A stretch of DNA of 64,000 nt from assembly GCA_047150005.1 (NCBI GenBank), contig AP038806.1:2112001-2176000 (forward strand), in the 5' to 3' direction. This stretch comes from Nitrospira sp. GTDB lineage: Bacteria > Nitrospirota > Nitrospiria > Nitrospirales > Nitrospiraceae. This document shows positions 49,412-59,571 of this stretch, in pieces (positions within the stretch are counted from its first letter, which is position 1; each line of letters starts with the position of its first letter). The notes beneath the pieces are model-generated. The model was given only the letters and a program-made list of their open reading frames with translations, did no database searches and had not been told where the DNA came from. The position numbers were made by a program, and so were the translations under genes.

Positions 49412-52063
49412 ATGATGAAAGGAGCCGGACCCATGAGCACAGAATCGGCCGGCGGCTGTTGCGGGAGTCGGCATTCGGGAGAGGACAGCATGGACGAGAA
49501 GATGGCATCTTCACATACGGGATCTGAAATCGACCCAGTCTGCGGCATGACCGTGGACCCTGCCGCAGCGGCGGGACGCCATGATTACAATGGCAAGACC
49601 TACTATTTCTGTGCCTTGTCTTGTCTGAACACATTCAAGGCTGATCCCGAACGGGTATTGCGGCTGGCTCCGGCCGGTCTCATTTCATTGGGCAAGAAAA
49701 AACCCTTGCCGATGATGATGCCGGCTCATGCCGACGCGGAAGGCGCCGAAATCGATCCTGTCTGCGGGATGACGGTGCGGCCTGCGACCGCCGCCGGATC
49801 GCACGTCCACGAAGGTAAGACGTACTACTTTTGCTCCAAGGGGTGCCTTGCCAAGTTTCAGGCCGATCCGGCTTCCTATCTCGCTTCTCCATCCCAGCGC
49901 AAGCCGCAGGGTGTCGCGGCGCCGGCCGGCGGGACGATCGAATATATCTGTCCCATGGATCCGGAGGTGCTCGAGTACAAGCCGGGCGCCTGTCCCATCT
50001 GCGGCATGGCGCTGGAGCCGAAGGTCGTCTCGCTCGACGAAGGACCGAATCTCGAACTCAGGGACATGACCAGACGTTTCTGGGTCAGCCTTGGCCCGGC
50101 TGCGCTCGTGATGGTGCTCGCCATGGCGCACATGATTCCCGGTGATCCCTTCGGAGCGGCCGGCCGTGGCAGCCTGTTGAATTGGGTGCAATGGGTGCTG
50201 GCGACCCCTGTGGTCCTATGGGGCGGCTGGCCGTTTTTTGAGCGGGGATGGGCCTCGGTCGTCAACCGGGCGCCCAACATGTTCACGCTCATTGCGCTCG
50301 GCACCGGTGCGGCCTATGCGTACAGTACGGTCGCGACGATGGCGCCGGGATTGCTGCCGCCGTCCTTTCACTTGCATGACGGGTCGGTCGCGGTCTATTT
50401 CGAAGCGGCGGCCATGATTACGGTGTTGGTCCTGCTCGGCCAGGTTCTCGAGCTGCGCGCACGGAGCCAGACGACCGCCGCAATGAAGGCGCTGCTCGGA
50501 TTGGCTCCCAAGACGGCCCGGCTGGTGGGTACGGACGGAAGCGAAAAGGATACGCCGCTTGAGGCGGTGAAGGTGGGGGACCGGCTGCGAGTGCGACCGG
50601 GGGAGAAGGTGCCGGTGGATGGGCTTGTCGTCGAAGGGACCACCTCGGTGGATGAGTCTATGATTACCGGGGAACCGATGCCGGTGGAGAAGCAAACGGG
50701 CAGCGGGGTGACGGGAGGAACGATCAACGGAACCGGCGGCATCCTCATGGAAGCCCGGCGTGTCGGCCGGGACACCTTGTTGGCACGCATCGTTCAGATG
50801 GTGAGCGAAGCGCAGCGTACGAGGGCGCCGATTCAGCGGGTGGCGGACGTGGCTGCCGCCTATTTCGTTCCGCTGGTCGTGGCGGTCGCGGTGCTGACGG
50901 CATTGGCGTGGGCCGTCTGGGGGCCGGAACCGCGGCTGGCCCATGCGTTGGTGAACGCGGTGGCGGTGTTGATCATCGCCTGTCCTTGTGCGCTGGGGTT
51001 GGCGACGCCCATGTCGATCATGGTCGGGACCGGGCGGGGTGCCACGGCCGGGGTGCTGATCAAGAAGGCTGAGGCGCTGGAGATCCTGGGCCGCGTGGAT
51101 ACCCTGGTAGTCGACAAAACCGGAACGCTCACAGAGGGAAGGCCGAAACTGGTAACCGTGCGGTTTACTCCTCCCTGGACCGACGACGAGTTGCTGAAGC
51201 TGGCGGCGAGTCTCGAACGCGCCAGCGAGCATCCGCTGGCTTCCGCGGTGGTCGCCGGGGCGGAGCGCCGAGGAATTGCCCTGAGCTCTGCCGAAGGGTT
51301 CCGATCCGTGACCGGCAAGGGCGTGATCGGGCTGGTGTCGGGCCGCCGTGTTGCCGTGGGCACGCCGGTCTTTCTGCAGGAGGAGGCGGGAGTATCTGAG
51401 GATGATCTGCGCGCATTGAACGAGGAGGCCGCATCGTTGCGACGGGAAGGACAGACGGTCCTGTTCGTCGCGGTGGACGGCCGGGTCGGCGGGTTGCTCG
51501 GCGTCACCGATCCGATCAAGTCCACGACGGCGGAGGCCGTGAAAGCTCTGAGAGACGAAGGTGTCAAGCTGGTCATGGTGACGGGCGACCATCGCGCTAC
51601 GGCGGACCGTGTGGCCGGACAATTGGGAATCGAATCGGTGCATGCGGGCGTGCTGCCGAATCAAAAGGGACAACTCATCGCCGAGCTGCGGTCGAAAGGC
51701 CGGATGGTCGCTATGGCCGGGGACGGCGTCAATGATGCGCCGGCCTTGGCCTTGGCCGACGTGGGGATCGCCATGGGGAACGGAACCGATATTGCGATGG
51801 AGAGCGCCGGCGTGACGCTGGTCAAGGGCGATCTCCGCGGGTTGGTCCGAGCCAGGCGATTGAGTCAGGCCACGATGCGCAATATCCGCCAGAATCTCTT
51901 CTTCGCGTTCGCGTACAACCTGCTCGGCGTGCCCATCGCCGCGGGGGTTCTTTATCCGCATTGGGGACTCCTGCTCAGTCCGATGATCGCCAGCGCGGCC
52001 ATGACGCTCAGTTCGGTCTCCGTCATTTCCAACGCGCTCCGGCTCAAAAAGGTGTCGTTGTGA
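49412..52063 (+). CDS. copA: Cu(I)-translocating P1B-type ATPase with two YHS domains and a CPM/CPxCGM metal-binding domain (start uncertain)
   Basis: DPVCGM x2, [52 protein letters not shown]. Confidence 0.93.
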   Translation: MMKGAGPMSTESAGGCCGSRHSGEDSMDEKMASSHTGSEIDPVCGMTVDPAAAAGRHDYNGKTYYFCALSCLNTFKADPERVLRLAPAGLISLGKKKPLPMMMPAHADAEGAEIDPVCGMTVRPATAAGSHVHEGKTYYFCSKGCLAKFQADPASYLASPSQRKPQGVAAPAGGTIEYICPMDPEVLEYKPGACPICGMALEPKVVSLDEGPNLELRDMTRRFWVSLGPAALVMVLAMAHMIPGDPFGAAGRGSLLNWVQWVLATPVVLWGGWPFFERGWASVVNRAPNMFTLIALGTGAAYAYSTVATMAPGLLPPSFHLHDGSVAVYFEAAAMITVLVLLGQVLELRARSQTTAAMKALLGLAPKTARLVGTDGSEKDTPLEAVKVGDRLRVRPGEKVPVDGLVVEGTTSVDESMITGEPMPVEKQTGSGVTGGTINGTGGILMEARRVGRDTLLARIVQMVSEAQRTRAPIQRVADVAAAYFVPLVVAVAVLTALAWAVWGPEPRLAHALVNAVAVLIIACPCALGLATPMSIMVGTGRGATAGVLIKKAEALEILGRVDTLVVDKTGTLTEGRPKLVTVRFTPPWTDDELLKLAASLERASEHPLASAVVAGAERRGIALSSAEGFRSVTGKGVIGLVSGRRVAVGTPVFLQEEAGVSEDDLRALNEEAASLRREGQTVLFVAVDGRVGGLLGVTDPIKSTTAEAVKALRDEGVKLVMVTGDHRATADRVAGQLGIESVHAGVLPNQKGQLIAELRSKGRMVAMAGDGVNDAPALALADVGIAMGNGTDIAMESAGVTLVKGDLRGLVRARRLSQATMRNIRQNLFFAFAYNLLGVPIAAGVLYPHWGLLLSPMIASAAMTLSSVSVISNALRLKKVSL

Positions 52064-52089
52064 CGTTCCGATCGATCGATCGAGCCAGA

Positions 52090-52118
52090 TTGACAACCGT
52101 TGAGCAAGGCGTTAACGT
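52090..52118 (+). promoter_or_regulatory. Sigma70 promoter of the cus operon
   Basis: TTGACA-N17-TAACGT, 7 nt before ATG 52126. Confidence 0.65.
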
Positions 52119-52125
52119 TAAACGC

Positions 52126-52500
52126 ATGAAGCCGGATCTGACCGACCGCATGCGAAAGGGGATGGCCTGCGCACTCATCCTTCTCTTTGTCGGATTGAGC
52201 TTCAACGCCTATGCCTGTCTCTTGCCGGTAAGCAGTGTCGTCTCTTCCAAGATGGATAACGGTTGTTCGACTCCGGATGAGCAACCGGCTCGCCAGATTT
52301 GCGATGCCTTTAAGACGCTCGGCCTGCAGTCCGTTACCCAAGGCTCTGCCTCTGGTGGCGACTATGCCCTGTGGTCTCAAGACACCCTGTCGTTCTCTCT
52401 CCTCATCGGGTTCGCCGCCCATCGCGGCGGTCTGTATGATCGTCCCACTGAACGTCCTCCTCAAGATCTTCTGCTGAAAATTTCCGTGCTCCGCATCTGA
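52126..52500 (+). CDS. Small exported Cys protein upstream of cusC with C-terminal RPP...VLRI (possible leader peptide 6)
   Basis: Signal ending NAYA|C, three Cys in the mature part, tail DRPTERPPQDLLLKISVLRI. Confidence 0.6.
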   Translation: MKPDLTDRMRKGMACALILLFVGLSFNAYACLLPVSSVVSSKMDNGCSTPDEQPARQICDAFKTLGLQSVTQGSASGGDYALWSQDTLSFSLLIGFAAHRGGLYDRPTERPPQDLLLKISVLRI

Positions 52501-52618
52501 TCCCTCCGGCCTTTCCTTTGTAGTCCACCTCGCTCATATGTCCGTCGTTCGTCTCTGCGTGCCGTCATCGTCGGCCGGCGGACGAAGGACTGATTGTGTG
52601 GAACAGGGAGGCATTGCC

Positions 52619-53899
52619 ATGACACGCCATGGAGGAGTGTTGAGTCTCGCAACCGCGGTCCTGTTCGTCCTCTCGGGCAACGGTGGGTCGTCGATGGCCC
52701 AAGACGCGGTGTACGAACCGTTAGCGTTACCGAAATTGATCCAGGAGGCCCTCGCTCGAAATCCCGAGATCGTGGCGGCGCGTCAACAATGGGAGGCCGC
52801 AACGAATCGGATCGCCCAGGCTCGCTCGCTGGAGGACCCGACCCTGTCCGTCCAGCTCTGGAATTTTCCACAGACCTTCAACGTGACACAGGCTCAGAAT
52901 ACCATCTTCGGCCTCTCGCAAAGTTTCCCCTTTCCCGGCAAGTTGGCGCTCAAAGGCGAAGTGGCAAGTCGCTCGGCCGACATGACTGAGCAGGCGTTGC
53001 GGGCGAAGGAACGAGAGCTGATCGTCCGGCTCAAGCAGGGCTACTACGATTTGTTTCTCGCGCAGAAAGCGCTTCAGATCCATCACGAGCAGGTGGAGCT
53101 GCTCAAGCAGTTTGTCGAGATTGCGAATGCAAAGTTCCGCGCAGGTAAGGGAAGTCAGGCCGATGTCCTCAAAGCCCAAGTCGAGCTGTCCATGCTCCAC
53201 CAGCATCTCCCCGTGCTGGACCAGCGACGCGAGACCGCCGAGGCGATGTTGAGTACGCTTCTTGATCGTGATCCTGCCTCGCCCTTGGGAGGTGTACAGG
53301 AGCCGCCCCAGGCGCCGATAAACCAGACCGTCGAGGACCTGCATCGTCTCGCGCTGAACGCCAGACCGGAGTTGAAAGCAGCCGAGCTGGCGGTGCAACG
53401 AAATGAGCAGTCCCACACGCTGGCCGAGCGCCAGTATTATCCGGACTTCAACGTGGCCTTCCAGAGCTTCCAAAACTTTCAGGCCAATGACGGGTTCGGC
53501 GCCTACGTGGCGATGAGCATCCCCTTCGCCTTCTGGACGAAGCCGAAGTACGACGCCGGAGTGCAGGAAGCCGCGTCGGCGGTCGCAGCCGCGCGAGCAC
53601 AGCACCATACATTGGAAAACCAGACCCGCTTTCAGATCAAAGATCTGCTGGCCAAACTGCGGGCGACAGACCGGGTTGCCACGCTGTACCGAACCACGAT
53701 CTTGCCTCAGGCAGAACAGGGCCTCGCGTCTGTGCAGGCGGGGTATCGCACGGGAAAGACGGGACTACTCGATCTCATTGAAACCGAGCGGGCATGGCGA
53801 GGGTTTCAGCTTGAATACTTCAAGGCCATCGTGGACCGACAGCATCGATTGGCTGAGCTTGAGCAGGTGGTAGGAATCGATTTGGATCGGCAGAGCTAA
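52619..53899 (+). CDS. cusC: TolC/CusC-family outer-membrane efflux protein
   Basis: ALARNPEI, SQSFPFPGKL, YYPDF, Y.TG...LLDLI. First structural gene of an RND operon. Confidence 0.88.
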   Translation: MTRHGGVLSLATAVLFVLSGNGGSSMAQDAVYEPLALPKLIQEALARNPEIVAARQQWEAATNRIAQARSLEDPTLSVQLWNFPQTFNVTQAQNTIFGLSQSFPFPGKLALKGEVASRSADMTEQALRAKERELIVRLKQGYYDLFLAQKALQIHHEQVELLKQFVEIANAKFRAGKGSQADVLKAQVELSMLHQHLPVLDQRRETAEAMLSTLLDRDPASPLGGVQEPPQAPINQTVEDLHRLALNARPELKAAELAVQRNEQSHTLAERQYYPDFNVAFQSFQNFQANDGFGAYVAMSIPFAFWTKPKYDAGVQEAASAVAAARAQHHTLENQTRFQIKDLLAKLRATDRVATLYRTTILPQAEQGLASVQAGYRTGKTGLLDLIETERAWRGFQLEYFKAIVDRQHRLAELEQVVGIDLDRQS

Positions 53900-53923
53900 C
53901 ACAGGGCTGAAGGAGGGAGATCC

Positions 53924-55696
53924 ATGATTCAACGCACATACATGAACAGCTTGACGATTCTTGCCGTGGCGATCGGCGTGATCGCCGGAGTCGCAATCGG
54001 CTTCTTTGCCGCGCATCGGACGATGGGCGACATGGGTGGGGCGTCTCGCCCCGAAACGAAGGCCGATGGGATGGCAGGCATGGCGATGCCAGGGCATGAC
54101 CAAGGGCAAGGCCCAGGGCAAGCGATGGACATGCCGGGCATGCCCGGCATGTCTGTCGCTCCGTCCGGGGCGGTCGCGATTCCAGCCGTGGCGAGGCAGT
54201 TGATCGGGGTCCGGAGCGCGCCGGCTGCGCATGCAACATTGGAGGAAGACATTCGCACGGTCGGCACGGTCGGCTACGACGAACGCGGCTTCACGCAGGT
54301 TACGTTGAAAACCTCCGGGTGGATACGAAACGTGTTCGTCGATTCGATCGGTCGACCGGTGCGAAAAGGGGAACCACTTTTCACCCTCTACTCGCCGGAC
54401 CTCCTGACGACCCAGGACGAATATCTGCTGGCTCTCAAGACCCAGGCCAGCGTGGGCGCCAGTCCGCTCGATGAAGCCAGGGCCAATGCGGTTGCCCTCG
54501 TGAGCAGCGCGCGGGAACGTCTCCGACTGTGGGATCTGACCGACAGCCAAATCGCGGCCCTGGAGCGTCGCGGCAAAGCAGAGCCGGTGCTCACAGTCTA
54601 TGCCCCTTCCTCAGGGATCGTCCTCTCGCGGGAAGCAGTGCCGGGGAAATATGTGGAGCCCGGCACGGTGCTGTACGAGATCGCGGACCTCACCATGGTC
54701 TGGATCTCCGCCGACATCTATGAATCGGAAGTGGCGACCACAAAGGTCAGTCAGCCGGCAACGGTCACCTTCGCCGCCTATCCGGGAGACACCTTCCGTG
54801 GCGTCGTCTCCTACATTTACCCATCACTGAATACTGAAACCCGCACAGTGCGGGTGCGGCTGGAACTGCCGAATCCCGGCCTCAAGTTGAAGCCGGGCAT
54901 GTATGGGAATGTGACGTTGTCCACCGGTTCGGCCAAGACCTTAGTCGTGCCGAAAGAAGCGGTGTTGGAAACCGGGCTTCGCCAACTCGTGTTCGTGGAT
55001 CGGGGGCAGGGCCGGTATGAGCCGGCTTCGGTCAAGCTGGGTCGGCGAAGCCAGGATTACGTGGAGGTGAGGGAAGGACTCTCAGAAGGAGATCGGATCG
55101 TGACCTCCGCCAATTTCCTATTGGACGCGGAGAGCAAGTTGGCATCCTCCTCCAGCATGCAGGCCATGATGGGCCGGATCGGCATGGCCGATTGGCAGAT
55201 GCGCGGCGCCCATGAAGGGAAGATGGCCATGGGTGAAGCGGGCGTCTCGGCGCCCGCAGGGGGGGCGGGTGAGATGCACATGGAAGGGATGCCGGGGATG
55301 CAGGACATGGGCATGGAAGGCATGAAGGGGATGAAAGGAATGAGTGCCCCGAACGCTATCGTGGTCGCCGAGACCCGACAGGCTGCCGGGTTCTCCATGA
55401 CGTTGACGACGGTGCCGGAAAAACCCAAAGCCGGTGAAGTGCTCCTGAGGCTCAAGCTCGTCGATCAGGCTGGCAAGCCGGTGACGAACGCGCAAGTCAC
55501 GTTTGTCTACACGATGCCGATGCCGGGGATGACCGATTCCAAGGCTGCGGCTGCTCACACCAAGGACGGTCTGTATGAAGGCAAGGTCATGTTTGGCATG
55601 GGTGGCGCCTGGGTGGTGACGGTCCACGTGACAATGCAAGGGCGACCACCGATCGCGGAAAAGTTTCAGTTCATGGTGGGCGGGGGAGGGATGTAG
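53924..55696 (+). CDS. cusB: CusB-type RND periplasmic adaptor with Met-rich tracts and a C-terminal YtkA/FixH-like domain
   Basis: LYSPDLL..Q.EYL, ETRTVRVR..LPNP..LKPGMY, FLLDAES, Met-rich linkers, and tail YTMPMPGM..GLYEG..MGGAW. Confidence 0.88.
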   Translation: MIQRTYMNSLTILAVAIGVIAGVAIGFFAAHRTMGDMGGASRPETKADGMAGMAMPGHDQGQGPGQAMDMPGMPGMSVAPSGAVAIPAVARQLIGVRSAPAAHATLEEDIRTVGTVGYDERGFTQVTLKTSGWIRNVFVDSIGRPVRKGEPLFTLYSPDLLTTQDEYLLALKTQASVGASPLDEARANAVALVSSARERLRLWDLTDSQIAALERRGKAEPVLTVYAPSSGIVLSREAVPGKYVEPGTVLYEIADLTMVWISADIYESEVATTKVSQPATVTFAAYPGDTFRGVVSYIYPSLNTETRTVRVRLELPNPGLKLKPGMYGNVTLSTGSAKTLVVPKEAVLETGLRQLVFVDRGQGRYEPASVKLGRRSQDYVEVREGLSEGDRIVTSANFLLDAESKLASSSSMQAMMGRIGMADWQMRGAHEGKMAMGEAGVSAPAGGAGEMHMEGMPGMQDMGMEGMKGMKGMSAPNAIVVAETRQAAGFSMTLTTVPEKPKAGEVLLRLKLVDQAGKPVTNAQVTFVYTMPMPGMTDSKAAAAHTKDGLYEGKVMFGMGGAWVVTVHVTMQGRPPIAEKFQFMVGGGGM

Positions 55697-55911
55697 CAGG
55701 GGTCAGGAACCATTTGTCGGAACGACCCGAAGGGCGCTGTGCGCAAATGGTTCCTGACCCCAAACAGGCCCCAGGCAAAGACTGATGGAGAAACCAGATT
55801 GGCATCAGGATCTGGAGGATAGAACCCGAGAGAAGGGTGGCAATGACTTCAAATGGGATCGAGGATGGGACGCAACCTCTTACACTGTTCTTGATGAACA
55901 GGGGAAGGTGA

Positions 55912-56247
55912 ATGATGAAAACATTACTGGTTGTACTGGTCATGGTTGGCGTGGTGGCGTGTACGATCATCGCTCCTCCTCCACAGGAGTTGGTGGCAAA
56001 GAATGATCATGCGGCTCTGGCGGTCTGGTATGAGAAGGAGGCGGCGAACCTTCGGCAAAAGGCCAGGGAGATGGAAGTCATGATCGAGGAGTACCGAAAG
56101 GATCGGGAACGAGGAGGCAAACTGATGATCCACCTGCCTAAGTTTGATTTTGTTCAGGAGTGCCACAATCTTGCAGTCATGTATACGAACGCAGCAACAC
56201 AAGCAGAGAACATGGCCAAATCTCATCGAGAGATGCCTCGATCCTGA
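55912..56247 (+). CDS. Small helical lipoprotein between cusB and cusA
   Basis: Lipobox VVAC, amphipathic helices with His/Met/Cys. Sits in a visibly more AT-rich segment. Confidence 0.65.
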   Translation: MMKTLLVVLVMVGVVACTIIAPPPQELVAKNDHAALAVWYEKEAANLRQKAREMEVMIEEYRKDRERGGKLMIHLPKFDFVQECHNLAVMYTNAATQAENMAKSHREMPRS

Positions 56248-56362
56248 CAGGTCAAGCGGAGGGCACCGGTTCTTGGCTATCACTTGAGTCTCAATGACGG
56301 CCATCGAGTTCGGCTGCATCACATAGCTACAGAGCTGTCGAGGATTGCCAAAGGGAGACAGG

Positions 56363-59300
56363 ATGATCGAACGTGTCATTGATTGGAGCGCCCGGAATCC
56401 GGTCCTTGTCATCCTCATCTCGCTGTTGCTGGCTGCCTGGGGTATGTGGGCAGTCTTCGAGGTTCCCCTGGACGCGATTCCCGACCTCTCCGATGTTCAG
56501 GTGATCGTCTACACCGAATGGCCGGGCAGAAGTCCGACGTTGATTGAAGATCAAGTCACCTATCCGATCGTCACCTCTCTGCTCGCCGGTCCGAGGGTCA
56601 AACGGGTGAGAGGTGTCTCGGAATACGGTTTCTCCTATGTGTACGTGATCTTCGAAGACCGGACCGATTTGTATTGGGCGAGAAGTCGCGTCCTCGAATA
56701 TTTGCAGAAGCTGACCGGCAAGCTGCCGGCCGGCATCTCGCCGACGCTGGGCCCCGATGCGACCGGTGTCGGCTGGGTCTATCAGTATGCGTTGATGGAC
56801 GAGTCCGGCACGCACGATCTGGCGCAGCTTCGGAGTCTCCAAGACTGGTCTCTGCGCTACCAACTGGAAAGTGTGCCGGGCGTGGCGGAAGTCTCGGCGA
56901 TCGGCGGGTTCGTCAAGCAGTATCAAATCGAGGTCGATCCGAACACGTTGGCGGCCTATCGGTTGTCGATCAAGACGGTGATCGAGGCGGTCCGCAACAG
57001 CAATGCCGAAGTCAGCGGGCGTGTCTTGGAAATGGCAGGGACCGAATACGTGATTCGAGGGCGAGGCTACCTGCGTTCTGTCGACGAGATAGAACTGATC
57101 CCGGTCGGGACGGATGGAAGAGGGACGCCGATCCTGGTGCGAGACATTGCTCACGTGCAGATAGGTCCCGACCAGCGGAGGGGGATCGCCGAATTGGACG
57201 GCAAGGGCCAAACGGTCGGCGGCATCGTCATCATGCGGGCCGGAGAGAATGCGTTGGCCGTCATCGAGCGGATCAAGGCACGGATTGCGGAAATCAGGAC
57301 GAGCTTGCCGAAGGGCGTGCACATCGTCACGACGTATGATCGGTCCGATCTGATCCATCGGGCCATCGCCGTGCTCCGTGAAAAGCTGCTGGAGGAGAGT
57401 GTGATCGTCAGTCTGGTGGCCCTGCTGTTCCTCTTTCACCTGCGAAGCGCGCTTGTGGCGGTCCTCATTCTGCCTGTGGCCGTGTTGCTTGCCTTTATCC
57501 CGATGGCCTACCTGAAGATTACGTCGAATATCATGTCGCTCGGCGGAATCGCCATCGCCATCGGCGCGATGGTGGATGCGGCCATCGTCATGGTGGAGAA
57601 CGCGCATAAGCGGTTGGAGCAAATTCCTCCTGGGAAAGAGGCGCGTCCAATGGGAAGGGAGCCTGCTCCGGCAGGCTCAGGGCGGGAGGGTGTTACGACG
57701 CCTGGGGCGGGTGGGTGTGAAAGCGATCGAATCGACACGATCATCGCGGCTGCGCAAGAAGTCGGTCGCCCCCTGTTCTTTTCACTGCTCGTCATCGCCG
57801 TGTCGTTCCTGCCGATCTTCGCGTTGGAAGGTCAAGCGGGGAGACTGTTTACTCCGTTGGCCTACACCAAGACCTTTGCGATGCTCTTTGCCACAATCCT
57901 CTCGGTCACGCTGGCGCCTGTGTTGATGGTGCTCCTGATCCGTGGGCGGATTCGAGCGGAAGGCAAGAATCCTTTGAGCCGGCTGCTGATCGCGCTCTAT
58001 CGGCCCATCCTCTCAGTTGCGCTGCGAGTCAGGTGGGTGACGCTGGGGCTGGCCGTTGCGGCGGTGGCCGTCACCATGCCGGTCTTTATGCGCCTCGGAG
58101 CGGAGTTCATGCCACCGTTGAATGAAGGCACGATCCTCTACATGCCGACGACCGTGCCGAGTCTCTCGATTCCAGAAGCCACGAAAATCTTACAGGTCCA
58201 GGATCAATTGCTCACGACCTTCCCTGAAGTGGAGCGGGTGTTCGGCAAGATGGGAAAGGCTCCGACCGCGACCGATCCGGCCTTCGTCGGCATGGCGGAG
58301 ATCACGGTCATGCTCAAACCGGAGGCGCAATGGCGGCCGGGCATGACCTGGGACCGGTTGCTGGATGAGATGGACGCGAAGCTGCACATTCCCGGATTCC
58401 CGAACATCTGGTGGATGCCGATTCAGACCCGCACGGAAATGATCACAACCGGCGTCCGCAGTCCCGTCGGGATCAAAGTCCTGGGGCCGGACCTGAAGAC
58501 GATCGAACGAATCGGCATAGAGATCGAGCAAGTATTGGCGACCGTGCCCGGCACCAAGAGCGCGTTCGCCGAGCGACTCAACGAAGGCTACTACTTGGAC
58601 CTGAACGTGAACCGGCGTGAAGCGGCCCGCTATGGTTTGACGGTCGGAGACGTGCAGGCGGTAATCACCTCTGCCATCGGCGGGGAAACCGTCACGACCA
58701 CGGTCGAGGGACGGGAACGTTATCCGGTGAATGTTCGCTACAAGCGCGAGCTGCGCGACGACCCGGACCGGCTCAAACGGGTGCTGATTCCGACGCCGAG
58801 CGGGGCGCAGATCCCACTCGGGCAGGTCGCAGAGCTGGTCGTCACGCAGGGGCCGCCGTCGATCGCGGATGAAGCGGGATCGCTGGCGGGCCTGGTCTCC
58901 GTGTCGGTCAGTGGGCGCGACCTGCGCGGCTATGTCCAGGATGCCCAACGAGCCGTTCAAGACCGCGTCACGTTACCGTCAGGCTACCGGCTGATGTGGA
59001 CAGGCCAATACGAACATCTGGTCCGCGCCGAAGCACGATTGAAGCTCGTCGTTCCCGTGACGCTGGCTGTGATCCTTCTCCTGCTCTACCTGAACTTCCG
59101 TTCGCTGGCGAAATCGTCGATCGTGCTCCTGTCCGTGCCCTTCGCTGCCATCGGGGCGATCTGGTATCTCCACTATCTGAGTTACAACCTCAGTGTGGCC
59201 GTGTGGGTGGGGATCATTGCGTTGGCCGGAGTTGCGGCGGAAACGGGTGTGGTGATGCTCGTCTATCTCGATGAGGCCTACGAGCGACGCTCGCGCGAAG

Positions 59301-59560
59301 GCCGGATGGCGACAGCGCAAGATCTGCGCGAGGCCATCATGGAAGGCGCGGTGCAGCGGGTGCGACCCAAGATGATGACCGTTGCCGCCATCATGGGCGG
59401 CTTGCTCCCCATCATGTGGACGACCGGCACCGGCGCCGAAGTCATGAAGCGGATCGCCGCGCCGATGATCGGCGGGATGGTCAGCTCAACGGTCCTTACG
59501 CTGGTCGTCATTCCGGTCCTCTACTCCATCTGGCGACGCGTGCAGTTCCGTTCCGTGTGA
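56363..59560 (+). CDS. cusA: CusA/CzcA-family heavy-metal RND efflux pump (Cu/Ag type)
   Basis: DAIPDLSDVQV, GPDATGVGW, AMVDAAIVMVEN, and three periplasmic Met positions (LYMP, GMAE, TEMI) equivalent to the CusA Cu(I) site. Confidence 0.95.
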   Translation: MIERVIDWSARNPVLVILISLLLAAWGMWAVFEVPLDAIPDLSDVQVIVYTEWPGRSPTLIEDQVTYPIVTSLLAGPRVKRVRGVSEYGFSYVYVIFEDRTDLYWARSRVLEYLQKLTGKLPAGISPTLGPDATGVGWVYQYALMDESGTHDLAQLRSLQDWSLRYQLESVPGVAEVSAIGGFVKQYQIEVDPNTLAAYRLSIKTVIEAVRNSNAEVSGRVLEMAGTEYVIRGRGYLRSVDEIELIPVGTDGRGTPILVRDIAHVQIGPDQRRGIAELDGKGQTVGGIVIMRAGENALAVIERIKARIAEIRTSLPKGVHIVTTYDRSDLIHRAIAVLREKLLEESVIVSLVALLFLFHLRSALVAVLILPVAVLLAFIPMAYLKITSNIMSLGGIAIAIGAMVDAAIVMVENAHKRLEQIPPGKEARPMGREPAPAGSGREGVTTPGAGGCESDRIDTIIAAAQEVGRPLFFSLLVIAVSFLPIFALEGQAGRLFTPLAYTKTFAMLFATILSVTLAPVLMVLLIRGRIRAEGKNPLSRLLIALYRPILSVALRVRWVTLGLAVAAVAVTMPVFMRLGAEFMPPLNEGTILYMPTTVPSLSIPEATKILQVQDQLLTTFPEVERVFGKMGKAPTATDPAFVGMAEITVMLKPEAQWRPGMTWDRLLDEMDAKLHIPGFPNIWWMPIQTRTEMITTGVRSPVGIKVLGPDLKTIERIGIEIEQVLATVPGTKSAFAERLNEGYYLDLNVNRREAARYGLTVGDVQAVITSAIGGETVTTTVEGRERYPVNVRYKRELRDDPDRLKRVLIPTPSGAQIPLGQVAELVVTQGPPSIADEAGSLAGLVSVSVSGRDLRGYVQDAQRAVQDRVTLPSGYRLMWTGQYEHLVRAEARLKLVVPVTLAVILLLLYLNFRSLAKSSIVLLSVPFAAIGAIWYLHYLSYNLSVAVWVGIIALAGVAAETGVVMLVYLDEAYERRSREGRMATAQDLREAIMEGAVQRVRPKMMTVAAIMGGLLPIMWTTGTGAEVMKRIAAPMIGGMVSSTVLTLVVIPVLYSIWRRVQFRSV

Positions 59561-59571
59561 CGTTCCTTGTT

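Noticed and set aside
55785..56006. 73-aa ORF between cusB and the lipoprotein
   Set aside because: It overlaps the better-supported lipoprotein ORF and has no recognisable motif.
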